From the human T2T-CHM13v2.0 reference genome, Homo sapiens, in the NCBI RefSeq assembly GCF_009914755.1, contig NC_060948.1: DNA of 64,000 nt; one strand, given 5' to 3'. The position numbers and the translations under genes are program-made. A model generated the notes under the pieces. It saw only the letters and a program-made list of their open reading frames with translations. It did no database searches and was not told where the DNA came from. Every line of letters starts with the position of its first letter. Positions within the stretch are counted from its first letter, which is position 1. Shown here in pieces: positions 22,243 to 36,700 of the stretch.

Positions 22243-25060
22243 ATGGACTCCTTTGGAATGGTCTAGTATGCAATGCAATCGACTGGCAGGGAATTAAAAG
22301 GAATGCAATCGAATGGATTGCACAGGAATGCAATGGACTCGAATAGATTGGAAACAGAATGCAAAGGAATGGAATGGAATAGTATGGAATGGAATGGAAA
22401 GGAATGGAGTGGAATAGACTAGAGTAGAATGGAATTTACTCGAAAGCAATGGACTGGAATAGAACTTTCTTGAATGGGCTGGAATCAAACGGAATGGAAT
22501 GCTGTGCAATCAAATAGAATGAAAGAGAATCAAATCCAATCGAATGGATTGGAAAGGAATTGACTGAAATGGAATGGACTAGAATGGAAGGCAAAGGAAT
22601 GGAATCTATAGGAATGGACTGTAATGGAATGGAATGGAAGGGATTGGAATGGAATCGAATGGAATGGACTGCAATAGAAAGGATTCGAATGGAATGAAAA
22701 AGAATTGAATGGAATAGAACAGAATGGAATCAAATCGAATGAAATGGAATGAAATAGAAAGGATTCGAATGGAATGCAATCGAACGGAATGGAATCGAAC
22801 GGAATGGAATAAAATGGAAGAAAACTGGCAAGAAATGGAATCGAAATGAATGGAGTGTTATGGAACGGACTCAAAAGGAATTGAATGTAATAGAATGGAG
22901 TGGAGTGGACTCGAATATAATGGACTGGAATGGAATGAAATCACATGGAATGGGAACGAATGGAATGGAATGGAAAGGAATGGAATCGAATGGAAAGGAA
23001 TCGAATGGAAGGGAATGAAATTGAATCAACAGGAATGGAAGGGAATAGAATAGACGGTAATGGAATGGACTCGAATAGAATGGACACGAATGCTCAAATT
23101 GAATGGACTCGAATGGAATGGAAACGAAAGGAATGTCATCGAATGTAATTGAATCGATTGGAATGAAATCGCATAGAATGGAGTGGAATCAAATGGAATT
23201 GAGTCGAAAGGAAAGGAAGCGAATGGACTGAAATGAAATGGAATGGAATTGAATGGAAAGTAATGCAATGGAATAGAATGGAACGAAATTTCACGGAATG
23301 GAATCAAACTGAATGGAATCAAATCAATGGAATCAAATCAAATGGAATGGAAAGGAATTGAATGGAGTAGATGGGATTGGATGGGATTGGAATGAAATGT
23401 ACTGGAAAGAACTCGAATTTCATGAAACGGAATGGAATGAATTGGAACGGAATGGACTCGAATGGAATGGAATGTCATGGAATGGCATCAAATGGAATGG
23501 CATCAAATGGAATGGAATCGAATGCAATGGAATGCTATGGAATGGAATGGAATGCATTGGAATGGAATGTCCTCTAATGGAATGGATTCGAGTGGAATGG
23601 AATCGAATATAATGGAGTCGAATGAAATGGAATTGAAAGGAATGGGACCGAATACAATGGAATATACTGGAATGTAATGTAATGAACTCGAATGTAATTG
23701 ACTGCAATGGAATGTACATGAATGGAATGTAATCGAATGGAAAGTAATCCAATGGAATAGAATCTAATGCAATAAAATCGACTCAAATAGAATAGAATGT
23801 AATGGAATGGAGTGCAGTGCAATGGAATGGAATGGAATGGAATGCAGTGGAATGGAATGGAATGGAATGCAATGGAATGGAATGTATTAGAATGTAATGA
23901 ACATTAATGGAATGTACTCGAATGGATTCGACTGGAATGGAATGTTCTGGAAGTTTATGGACTCCAATGGAATAGATTCGAAAGGAATGGAATCGAACGG
24001 AATGGAATCTAATGGAATGGAATTAAATGGAAATGAATCAAATTGAATAGCACGGAATTGAATTGAATGGAATAGAATGCAATGTAATCTAATGAAACAG
24101 AAAGGAAAGGAATGGAATGGAATGGAATGGGCTGGAATGGAATGGAATCGAAACGAATGGAATGGAATCGAACTAAAGAGACTGGAATGGAATGCACTGG
24201 AATGGAAGGGAGTGTAATGGAAGGTTCTCGAAAAAAATGGAATCGAATGGAATGGAATTGAATGGAACGGAATAGAGTCGAATGGAATTGAATGGAATGG
24301 AATGGACTAGAGTGAAATGGAATCGAACCACAAGGAATGGACAGGAATAGAATGGTCTCGAATTGAATGGAATCGTATGGAATGGCATCAAACGGAATGG
24401 AATGGACAGCCACGGAATGGAATGCACTCGAATGCAATGGAGTCGAAACTAATGGACTGGAATAGAATGGACTCGACTGGTACGGACTCCAATGGAATGG
24501 AATCGAATGGAAGGGAATCGAACGGAATGGACTCGAAGGGAAAAGACTGCAATGGAAAGGTCTCGAATGGAATGGAAATTAATGGAATGGAATGGAATCG
24601 AATGAAATGGAGTCAAAAGGAATGGAATCGAATGGCAAGAAATCGAATGTAATGGAATCGCAAGGAATTGATGTGAACGGAACGGAATGGAATGGAATCC
24701 AAAGGAATGGAATAGAATGGAATGGAATCAAATGGAAAGGACTCGAATGGAAATCACTCGAATAGAATGCAATTTAATAAAATAGGATCAAATGTAATGC
24801 AATGGAATGGAAAGGAATCGAAACGAAAGGAATGGAGACAGATGGAATGGAATGTAACAGAGAGCAATGGTATAGAATGGAATGGAATCATCTGGAATGG
24901 AATTGAATGGAATGCAATAACATGAAATGGAATGGAATGGAATGGAATGCCCTTGAATTAAATGGACTGGAATGGAATGGACTCGAACAGAGTGTAATGG
25001 AAAGTGTTGAAATAGAATGGAATGGACTCGTTTGGAATGGTCTAGTATGCAATGCAATCG
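22243..25060 (+). repeat. Shortened, degenerate first DYZ1 period (2779-bp landmark spacing)
   Basis: Lacks ~680 bp between agtgcagtgc (23811) and tattagaatg (23885) relative to the next unit, and has five 15-25-bp deletions within 22500-22770. Confidence 0.9.
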
Positions 25061-25239
25061 ACTGGCAGGGAATCAAAAGGAATGTAATCGAATGGATTGG
25101 ACTGGAATGCAATGGACTCGAATAGATTGGAAACGGAATGCAAAGGAATGGAATGGAATAGTATGGAATGGAATGGAAAGGAATGGAGTGGAATAGACTA
25201 GAGTGGAATGGAATGGACTCAAAAGCAATGGACTGGAAT

Positions 25240-25254
25240 GGAACTTTCTTGAAT
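25240..25254. promoter_or_regulatory. Perfect heat-shock element motif nGAAnnTTCnnGAAn (one per DYZ1 unit)
   Basis: gGAAc tTTCt tGAAt; also at 22461 and at the equivalent position of later units. This is a motif match only; binding is not shown. Confidence 0.55.
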
Positions 25255-27482
25255 GGACTGGAATCAAACGGAATGGAATGCAATGCAATCAAATGGCATG
25301 GAATAAAATAGAATGAAAGAGAATCAAATGGAATTGAATGGAATGGAATCGAATGGATTGGAAAGGAATAGAATGGAATGGAATGGAATTGACTCAAATG
25401 GAATGGACTAGAATGGAATGGATTCGAATGGAAGGCAAAGGAATGGAATCTATTGGAATGGACTGTAATGGAATGGAATGGAAGGGATTGGAATGGACTC
25501 GAATGGAATGGACTGCAATAGAAAGGATTCGAATGGAATGAAAAAGAATTGAATGGAATAGAACAGAATGGAATCAAATCGAATGAAATGGAATGGAATA
25601 GAAAGGAATGGAATGAAATGGAATGGAAAGGATTCGAATGGAATGCAATCGAATGGAATGGAATCGAACGGAATGGAATAAAATGGAAGAAAACTGGCAA
25701 GAAATGGAATCGAAATGAATGGAGTGTTATGGAACGGACTCAAAAGGAATTGAATGTAATAGAATTGAGTGAAGTGGACTCGAATATAATGGACTGGAAT
25801 GGAATGAAATCACATGGAATGGGAACGAATGGAATGGAATGGAAAGGAATGGAATCGAATGGAAAGGAATGGAATGGAAGGGAATGAAACTGAATCAACA
25901 GGAATGGAAGGGAGTAGAATAGACGGTAATGGAATGGACTCGAATAGAATGGACACGAATGCACAAATTGAATGGACTCGAATGGAATGGAAACGAAAGG
26001 AATGTCATCGAATGGAATTGAATCGATTGGAATGAAATCGCATAGAATGGAGTGGAATCAAATGGAATTGAATCGAAAGGAAAGGAAGCGAATGGACTGA
26101 AATGGAATGGAATGGAATGGAAAGTAATGCAATGGAATAGAATGGAACGAAATTTCACGGAATGGAATCAAACTGAATAGAATCAAATCAATGGAATATA
26201 ATCAAATGGAATGGAAAGGAATTGAATGGAGTAGATTGGATTGGATGGGATTGGAATGAAATGGAATGGAAAGGACTCGAATTTCATGAAACGGAATGGA
26301 ATGAATTGGAACGGAATGGACTCGAATGGAATGGAATGTCATGGAATTGCATCAAATGGAATGGCATCAAAGGGAATGGAATCGAATGCAATGGAATGCT
26401 ATGGAATGGAATGGAATGCATTGGAATGGAATGTCCTCTAATGGAATGGATTCGAGTGGAATGGAATCGAATATAATAGAGTCGAATGAAATGGAATTGA
26501 AAGGAATGGGATCGAATACAATGGAATATACTGGAATGTAACGTAATGAACTCGAATGTAATTGACTGGAATGGAATGTACACGAATGGAATGTAATCGA
26601 ATGGAAAGTAATCCAATGGAATAGAATCTAATGCAATAAAATCGACTCAAATAGAATAGAATGCAATGGAATGGAGTGCAGTGCAATGGAATGGAATGGA
26701 ATGGAATGCAATGGAATGGAATGGAATGGAATGGAATGCAATGGGATGGAATGGTATGGAATGGATAGTAATGGACTGGAGTGAAATGGACTGGAAAGGA
26801 ATGGACTCAAATTGAAAGGTCTCGAAAGGAATGGAGTCAAATGGAATGGTCTGGAATGGAATGAACACGAATGTAATGCAATCCAATAGAATGGAATCGA
26901 ATGGCATGGAATATAAAGAAATGGAATCGAAGAGAATGGAAACAAATGGAATGGAATTGAATGGAATGGAATTGAATGGAATGGGAACGAATGGAGTGAA
27001 ATTGTATGCAGTAGAAGAGAATAGAATGGAATGCAAGCGAAAGGAAAGGAATGGATTGGAATGGAATGGAATTCATTGGAATGGAAGGGAATGTAGTGTA
27101 ATGGACAGGCCTGGAATAAAGTGGAATGCTACGGTCTCGAATGGAATAAAAATGTATGGAATGGAATGCAATGAAACGGAATCGAATGTCATAGAATGTA
27201 ATGGAATGCAAAAAAATGGAATCCAAAATCATTGACTGGAAAGGCTGGGTGTCGAAAGGAATTGACTCCAATGGAATGGAATCGAATGGAATGGAAGTGA
27301 ATAGAATCGAACTAAATCGAATGGAATGGAATTGATAGGAACGGAATGGAAAGGAATGCAATGATTTGGCATGGAATGGAATCGAATGGCATCGAATGGA
27401 ATGGAATGGAATGCAATGGAATGGAATGTATTAGAATGTAATGAACTTTAATGGAATGTACTCGAATGGATTCGACTGGAAT

Positions 27483-27497
27483 GGAATGTTCTGGAAG
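27483..27497. promoter_or_regulatory. Perfect heat-shock element motif (one per DYZ1 unit)
   Basis: gGAAt gTTCt gGAAg; also at 23939. The variant gGAAt gTTCt cGAAg in several later units still fits. Motif match only. Confidence 0.55.
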
Positions 27498-27762
27498 TGA
27501 ATGGACTCCAATGGAATGGATTCGAAAGGAATGGAATCGTACGGAATGGAATCTAATGGAATGGAATTAAATGGAAATGAATCAAATTGAATAGCACGGA
27601 ATTGAATTGAATGGAATGGAATGCAATGGAATCTAATGAAACGGAAAGGAAAGGAATGGAATGGAATGGAATGGGCTGGAATGGAAAGGAATCGAAACGA
27701 ATGGAATGGAATCGAACTGAAGAGACTGGAATGGAATGCACTGGAATGGAAGGGAGTGTAAT

Positions 27763-27777
27763 GGAAGGTTCTCGAAA
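27763..27777. promoter_or_regulatory. Perfect heat-shock element motif (most DYZ1 units)
   Basis: gGAAg gTTCt cGAAa; also at 24219; disrupted at 52558 and 56072. Motif match only. Confidence 0.5.
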
Positions 27778-30700
27778 AAAATGGAATCGAATGGAATGGA
27801 ATTGAATGGAACGGAATAGAGTCGAATGGAATTGAATGGAATGGAATGGACTAGAGTGAAATGGAATCGAACCACAAGGAATGGACAGGAATAGAATGGT
27901 CTCGAATTGAATGGAATCGTATGGAATGGCATCAAACGGAATGGAATGGACAGCCACGGAATGGAATGCACTCGAATGCAATGGAGTCGAAACTAATGGA
28001 CTGGAATAGAATGGACTCGACTGGTACGGACTCCAATGGAATGGAATCGAATGCAAGGGAATCGAACGGAATGGACTCGAAGGGAAAAGACTGCAATGGA
28101 AAGGTCTCGAATGGAATGGAAATTAATGGAATGGATTGGAATCGAATGAAATGGAGTCAAAAGGAATGGAATCGAATGGCAAGAAATCAAATGTAATGGA
28201 ATCGCAAGGAATTGATGTGAACGGAACGGAATGGAATGGAATCCAAAGGAATGGAATAGAATGGAATGGAATCGAATGGAAAGGACTCGAATGGAAATCA
28301 CTCGAATAGAATGCAATTTAATAAAATAGGATCAAATGTAATGGAATGGAATGGAAAGGAATCGAAACGAAAGGAATGGAGACAGATGGAATGGAATGGA
28401 ACAGAGAGCAATGGTATAGAATGGAATGGAATCATCTGGAATGGAATTGAATGGAATGGAATAACATGAAATGGAATGGAATGGAATGGAATGCCCTTGA
28501 ATTAAATGGACTGGAATGGAATGGACTCGAACAGAGTGGAATGGAAAGTGTTGAAATAGAATGGAATGGACTCGTTTGGAATGGTCTAGTATGCAATGCA
28601 ATCGACTGGCAGGGAATCAAAAGGAATGTAATCGAATGGATTGGACTGGAATGCAATGGATTCGAATAGATTGGAAACGGAATGCAAAGGAATGGAATGG
28701 AATAGTATGGAATGGAATGGAAAGTAATGGAGTGGAATAGACTAGAGTGGAATGGAATGGACTGGAAAGCAATGGACTGGAATGGAACTTTCTTGAATGG
28801 AGTGGAATCAAACGGAATGGAATGCACTGCAATCAAATGGCATGGAATAAAATAGAATGAAAGAGAATCAAACGGAATTGAATCGAATGGAATCGAATGG
28901 ATTGGAAAGGAATAGAATGGAATGGAATGGAATTGACTCAAATGGAATGGACTAGAATGGAATGGATTCGAATGGAAGGCAAAGGAATGGAATCTATTGG
29001 AATGGACTGTAATGGAATGGAATGGAAGGGATTGGAATGGACTCGAATGGAATGGACTGCAATAGAAAGGATTCGAATGGAATGAAAAAGAATTGAATGG
29101 AATAGAACAGAATGGAATCAAATCGAATGAAATTGAATGGAATAGTAAGGAATGGAATGAAATGGAATGGAAAGGATTCGAATGGAATGCAATCGAATGG
29201 AATGCAATCGAATGGAATGGAATCGAACGGAATGGAATAAAATGGAAGAAAACTGGCAAGAAATGGAATCGAAATGAATGGAGTGTTATGGAACGGACTC
29301 AAAAGGAATTGAATGTAATAGAATGGAGTGGAGTGGACTCGAATATAATGGACTGGAATGGAATGAAATCACATGGAATGGGAACGAATGGAATGGAATG
29401 GAAAGGAATGGAATCGAATGGAAAGGAATCGAATGGAAGGGAATGAAATTGAATCAACAGGAATGGAAGGGAATAGAATAGACGGTAATGGAATGGACTC
29501 GAATAGAATGGACACGAATGCTCACATTGAATGGACTCGAGTGGAATGGAAACGAAACGAATGTCATCGAATGGAATTGAATCGATTGGAATGAAATCGC
29601 ATAGAATGGACTGGAATCAAATGGAATTGAGTCGAAAGGAAAGGAAGCGAATGGACTGAAATGAAATGGAATGGAATTGAATGGAAAGTAATGCAATGGA
29701 ATAGAATGGAACGAAATTTCACGGAATGGAATCAAACTGAATGGAATCAAATCAATGGAATATAATCAAATGGAATGGAAAGGAATTGAATGGAGTAGAT
29801 GGGACTGGATGGGATTGGAATGAAATGTACTGGAAAGGACTCGAATTTCATGAAACGGAATGGAATGAATTGGAACGGAATGGACTCGATTGGAATGGAA
29901 TGTCATGGAATGGCATCAAATGGAATGGAATCGAATGCAATGGAATGCTATGGAATGGAATGGAATGCATTGGAATGGAATGTCCTCTAATGGAATGGAT
30001 TCGAGTGGAATGGAATCGAATATAATGGAGTCGAATGAAATGGAATTGAAAGGAATGGGATCGAATACAATGGAATATACTGGAATGTAACGTAATGAAC
30101 TCGAATGTAATTGACTGGAATGGAATGTACATGAATGGAATGTAATCGAATGGAAAGTAATCCAATGGAATAGAATCTAATGCAATAAAATCGACTCAAA
30201 TAGAATAGAATGGAATGGAATGGAGTGCAGTGCAATGGAATGGAAGGGAATGGAATGCAATGGAATGGAATGTAATGGAATGGAATGGAATGGGATGGAA
30301 TGGTATGGAATGGATAGTAATGGACTGGAGTGAAATGGACTGGAAAGGAATGGACTCAAATTGAAAGGGCTCGAAAGGAATGCAGTCAAATGGAATGATC
30401 TGGAATGGAATGAACACGAATGTAATGCAATCCAATAGAATGGAATCGAATGGCATGGAATATAAAGAAATGGAATCGAAGAGAATGGAAACAAATGGAA
30501 TGGAATTGAATGGAATGGAATTGAATGGAATGAGAATGAATGGAGTGAAATTGTATGCAGTAGAAGAGAATAGAATGGAATGCAAGCGAAAGGAAAGGAA
30601 TGGATTGGAATGGAATGGAATTCATTGGAATGGAAGGGAATGTAGTGTAATGGACAGGCCTGGAATAAAGTGGAATGCTACGGTCTCGAATGGAATAAAA

Positions 30701-33700
30701 ATGTATGGAATGGAATGCAATGAAACGGAATCGAATGTCATAGAATGTAATGGAATGCAAAAAAATGGAATCCAAAATCATTGACTGGAAAGGCTGGGTG
30801 TCGAAAGGAATTGACTCCAATGGAATGGAATCGAATGGAATGGAAGTGAATAGAATCGAACTAAATCGAATGGAATGGAATTGATAGGAACGGAATGGAA
30901 AGGAATGCAATGATTTGGCATGGAATGGAATCGAATGGCATCGAATGGAATGGAATGGAATGCAATGGAATGGAATGTATTAGAATGTAATGAACTTTAA
31001 TGGAATGTACTCGAATGGATTCGACTGGAATGGAATGTTCTGGAAGTGAATGGACTCCAATGGAATGGATTCGAAAGGAATGGAATCGTACGGAATGGAA
31101 TCTAATGGAATGGAATTAAATGGAAATGAATCAAATTGAATAGCACGGAACTGAATTGAATGGAATCGAATGCAATGGAATCTAATGAAACGGAAAGGAA
31201 AGGAATGGAATGGAATGGAATGGGCTGGAATGGAATGGAATCGAAACAAATGGAATGGAATCGAACTGAAGAGACTGGAATGGAATGCACTGGAATGGAA
31301 GGGAGTGTAATGGAAGGTTCTCGAAAAAAATGGAATCGAATGGAATGGAATTGAATGGAACGGAATAGAGTCGAATGGAATTGAATGGAATGGAATGGAC
31401 TAGAGTGAAATGGAATCGAACCACAAGGAATGGACAGGAATAGAATGGTCTCGAATTGAATGGAATCGTATGGAATGGCATCAAACGGAATGGAATGGAC
31501 AGCCACGGAATGGAATGCACTCGAATGCAATGGAGTCGAAACTAATGGACTGGAATAGAATGGACTCGACTGGTACGGACTCCAATGGAATGGAATCGAA
31601 TGGAAGGGAATCGAACGGAATGGACTCGAAGGCAAAAGACTGCAATGGAAAGGTGTCGAATGGAATGGAAATTAATGGAATGGAATGGAATCGAATGAAA
31701 TGGAGTCAAAAGGAATGGAATCGAATGGCAAGAAATCAAATGTAATGGAATCGCAAGGAATTGATGTGAACGGAACGGAATGGAATGGAATCCAAAGGAA
31801 TGGAATAGAATGGAATGGAATCGAATGGAAAGGACTCGAATGGAAATCACTCGAATAGAATGCAATTTAATAAAATAGGATCAAATGTAATGGAATGGAA
31901 TGGAAAGGAATCGAAACGAAAGGAATGGAGACAGATGGAATGGAATGGAACAGAGAGCAATGGTATAGAATGGAATGGAATCATCTGGAATGGAATTGAA
32001 TGGAATGGAATAACATGAAATGGAATGGAATGGAATGGAATGCCTTTGAATTAAATGGACTGGAATGGAATGGTCTCGAACAGAGTGGAATGGAAAGTAT
32101 TGGAATAGAATGGAATGGACTCGTTTGGAATGGTGTAGTATGCAATGCAATCGACTGGCAGGGAATCAAAAGGAATGTAATCGAATGGATTGGACTGGAA
32201 TGCAATGGACTCGAATAGATTGGAAACGGAATGCAAAGGAATGGAATGGAATAGTATGGAATGGAATGGAAAGGAATGGAGTGGAATAGACTAGAGTGGA
32301 ATGGAATGGACTGGAAAGCAATGGACTGGAATGGAACTTTCTTGAATGGACTGGAATCAAACGGAATGGAATGCAATGCAATCAAATGGCATGGAATAAA
32401 ATAGAATGAAAGAGAATCAAATGGAATTGAATCGAATGGAATCGAATGGATTGGAAAGGAATAGAATGGAATGGAATGGAATTGACTCAAATGGAATGGA
32501 CTAGAATGGAATGGATTCGAATGGAAGGCAAAGGAATGGAATCTATTGGAATGGACTGTAATGGAATGGAATGGAAGGGATTGGAATGGACTCGAATGGA
32601 ATGGACTGCAATAGAAAGGATTCGAATGGAATGAAAAAGAATTGAATGGAATAGAACAGAATGGAATCAAATCGAATGAAATGGAATGGAATAGAAAGGA
32701 ATGGAATGAAATGGAATGGAAAGGATTTGAATGGAATGCAATCGAATGGAATGGAATCGAACGGAATGGAATAAAATGGAAGAAAACTGGCAAGAAATGG
32801 AATCGAAATGAATGGAGTGTTATGGAACGGACTCAAAAGGAATTGAATGTAATAGAATTGAGTGAAGTGGACTCGAATATAATGGACTGGAATGGAATGA
32901 AATCACATGGAATGGGAACGAATGGAATGGAATGGAAAGGAATGGAATCGAATGGAAAGGAATGGAATGGAAGGGAATGAAACTGAATCAACAGGAATGG
33001 AAGGGAGTAGAATAGACGGTAATGGAATGGACTCGAATAGAATGGACACGAATGCACAAATTGAATGGACTCGAATGGAATGGAAACGAAAGGAATGTCA
33101 TCGAATGGAATTGAATCGATTGGAATGAAATCGCATAGAATGGAGTGGAATCAAATGGAATTGAATCGAAAGGAAAGGAAGCGAATGGACTGAAATGGAA
33201 TGGAATGGAATGGAAAGTAATGCAATGGAATAGAATGGAACGAAATTTCACGGAATGGAATCAAACTGAATAGAATCAAATCAATGGAATATAATCAAAT
33301 GGAATGGAAAGGAATTGAATGGAGTAGATTGGATTGGATGGGATTGGAATGAAATGGAATGGAAAGGACTCGAATTTCATGAAACGGAATGGAATGAATT
33401 GGAACGGAATGGACTCGAATGGAATGGAATGTCATGGAATTGCATCAAATGGAATGGCATCAAAGGGAATGGAATCGACTGCAATGGAATGCTATGGAAT
33501 GGAATGGAATGCATTGGAATGGAATGTCCTCTAATGGAATGGATTCGAGTGGAATGGAATCGAATATAATGGAGTCGAATGAAATGGAATTGAAAGGAAT
33601 GGGATCGAATACAATGGAATATACTGGAATGTAACGTAATGAACTCGAATGTAATTGACTGGAATGGAATGTACACGAATGGAATGTAATCGAATGGAAA

Positions 33701-36700
33701 GTAATCCAATGGAATAGAATCTAATGCAATAAAATCGACTCAAATAGAATAGAATGCAATGGAATGGAGTGCAGTGCAATGGAATGGAATGGAATGGAAT
33801 GCAATGGAATGGAATGGAATGGAATGGAATGCAATGGGATGGAATGGTATGGAATGGATAGTAATGGACTGGAGTGAAATGGACTGGAAAGGAATGGACT
33901 CAAATTGAAAGGTCTCGAAAGGAATGGAGTCAAATGGAATGGTCTGGAATGGAATGAACACGAATGTAATGCAATCCAATAGAATGGAATCGAATGGCAT
34001 GGAATATAAAGAAATGGAATCGAAGAGAATGGAAACAAATGGAATGGAATTGAATGGAATGGAATTGAATGGAATGGGAACGAATGGAGTGAAATTGTAT
34101 GCAGTAGAAGAGAATAGAATGGAATGCAAGCGAAAGGAAAGGAATGGATTGGAATGGAATGGAATTCATTGGAATGGAAGGGAATGTAGTGTAATGGACA
34201 GGCCTGGAATAAAGTGGAATGCTACGGTCTCGAATGGAATAAAAATGTATGGAATGGAATGCAATGAAACGGAATCGAATGTCATAGAATGTAATGGAAT
34301 GCAAAAAAATGGAATCCAAAATCATTGACTGGAAAGGCTGGGTGTCGAAAGGAATTGACTCCAATGGAATGGAATCGAATGGAATGGAAGTGAATAGAAT
34401 CGAACTAAATCGAATGGAATGGAATTGATAGGAACGGAATGGAAAGGAATGCAATGATTTGGCATGGAATGGAATCGAATGGCATCGAATGGAATGGAAT
34501 GGAATGCAATGGAATGGAATATATTAGAATGTAATGAACTTTAATGGAATGTACTCGAATGGATTCGACTGGAATGGAATGTTCTGGAAGTGAATGGACT
34601 CCAATGGAATGGATTCGAAAGGAATAGAATCGTACGGAATGGAATCTAATGGAATGGAATTAAATGGAAATGAATCAAATTGAATAGCACGGAATTGAAT
34701 TGAATGGAATGGAATGCAATGGAATCTAATGAAACGGAAAGGAAAGGAATGGAATGGAATGGAATGGGCTGGAATGGAAAGGAATCGAAACGAATGGAAT
34801 GGAATCGAACTGAAGAGACTGGAATGGAATGCACTGGAATGGAAGGGAGTGTAATGGAAGGTTCTCGAAAAAAATGGAATCGAATGGAATGGAATTGAAT
34901 GGAACGGAATAGAGTCGAATGGAATTGAATGGAATGGAATGGACTAGAGTGAAATGGAATCGAACCACAAGGAATGGACAGGAATAGAATGGTCTCGAAT
35001 TGAATGGAATCGTATGGAATGGCATCAAACGGAATGGAATGGACAGCCACGGAATGGAATGCACTCGAATGCAATGGAGTCGAAACTAATGGACTGGAAT
35101 AGAATGGACTCGACTGGTACGGACTCCAATGGAATGGAATCGAATGCAAGGGAATCGAACGGAATGGACTCGAAGGGAAAAGACTGCAATGGAAAGGTCT
35201 CGAATGGAATGGAAATTAATGGAATGGATTGGAATCGAATGAAATGGAGTCAAAAGGAATGGAATCGAATGGCAAGAAATCAAATGTAATGGAATCGCAA
35301 GGAATTGATGTGAACGGAACGGAATGGAATGGAATCCAAAGGAATGGAATAGAATGGAATGGAATCGAATGGAAAGGACTCGAATGGAAATCACTCGAAT
35401 AGAATGCAATTTAATAAAATAGGATCAAATGTAATGGAATGGAATGGAAAGGAATCGAAATGAAAGGAATGGAGACAGATGGAATGGAATGGAACAGAGA
35501 GCAATGGTATAGAATGGAATGGAATCATCTGGAATGGAATTGAATGGAATGGAATAACATGAAATGGAATGGAATGGAATGGAATGCCCTTGAATTAAAT
35601 GGACTGGAATGGAATGGACTCGAACAGAGTGGAATGGAAAGTGTTGAAATATAATGGAATGGACTCCTTTGGAATGGTCTAGTATGCAATGCAATCGACT
35701 GGCAGGGAATCAAAAGGAATGTAATCGAATGGATTGGACTGGAATGCAATGGATTCGAATAGACTGGAAACGGAATGCAAAGGAATGGAATGGAATAGTA
35801 TGGAATGGAATGGAAAGTAATGGAGTGGAATAGACTAGAGTGGAATGGAATGGACTGGAAAGCAATGGACTGGAATGGAACTTTCTTGAATGGAGTGGAA
35901 TCAAACGGAATGGAATGCACTGCAATCAAATGGCATGGAATAAAATAGAATGAAAGAGAATCAAACGGAATTGAATCGAATGGAATCGAATGGATTGGAA
36001 AGGAATAGAATGGAATGGAATGGAATTGACTCAAATGGAATGGACTAGAATGGAATGGATTCGAATGGAAGGCAAAGGAATGGAATCTATTGGAATGGAC
36101 TGTAATGGAATGGAATGGAAGGGATTGGAATGGACTCGAATGGAATGGACTGCAATAGAAAGGATTCGAATGGAATGAAAAAGAATTGAATGGAATAGAA
36201 CAGAATGGAATCAAATCGAATGAAATTGAATGGAATAGTAAGGAATGGAATGAAATGGAATGGAAAGGATTCGAATGGAATGCAATCGAATGGAATGCAA
36301 TCGAATGGAATGGAATCGAACGGAATGGAATAAAATGGAAGAAAACTGGCAAGAAATGGAATCGAAATGAATGGAGTGTTATGGAACGGACTCAAAAGGA
36401 ATTGAATGTAATAGAATGGAGTGGAGTGGACTCGAATATAATGGACTGGAATGGAATGAAATCACATGGAATGGGAACGAATGGAATGGAATGGAAAGGA
36501 ATGGAATCGAATGGAAAGGAATCGAATGGAAGGGAATGAAATTGAATCAACAGGAATGGAAGGGAATAGAATAGACGGTAATGGAATGGACTCGAATAGA
36601 ATGGACACGAATGCTCACATTGAATGGACTCGAGTGGAATGGAAACGAAACGAATGTCATCGAATGGAATTGAATCGATTGGAATGAAATCGCATAGAAT

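Noticed and set aside
23744-23756. DUX4-like motif TAATCCAATGG, once per DYZ1 unit
   Set aside because: It lacks the terminal CA of the TAAYBYAATCA-type consensus and is easily produced by pentamer variation.
24770-27150. AATAAA polyadenylation-like and TATA-like motifs
   Set aside because: They are expected by chance from GGAAT variants and AT-rich DNA, and no transcript context is visible.
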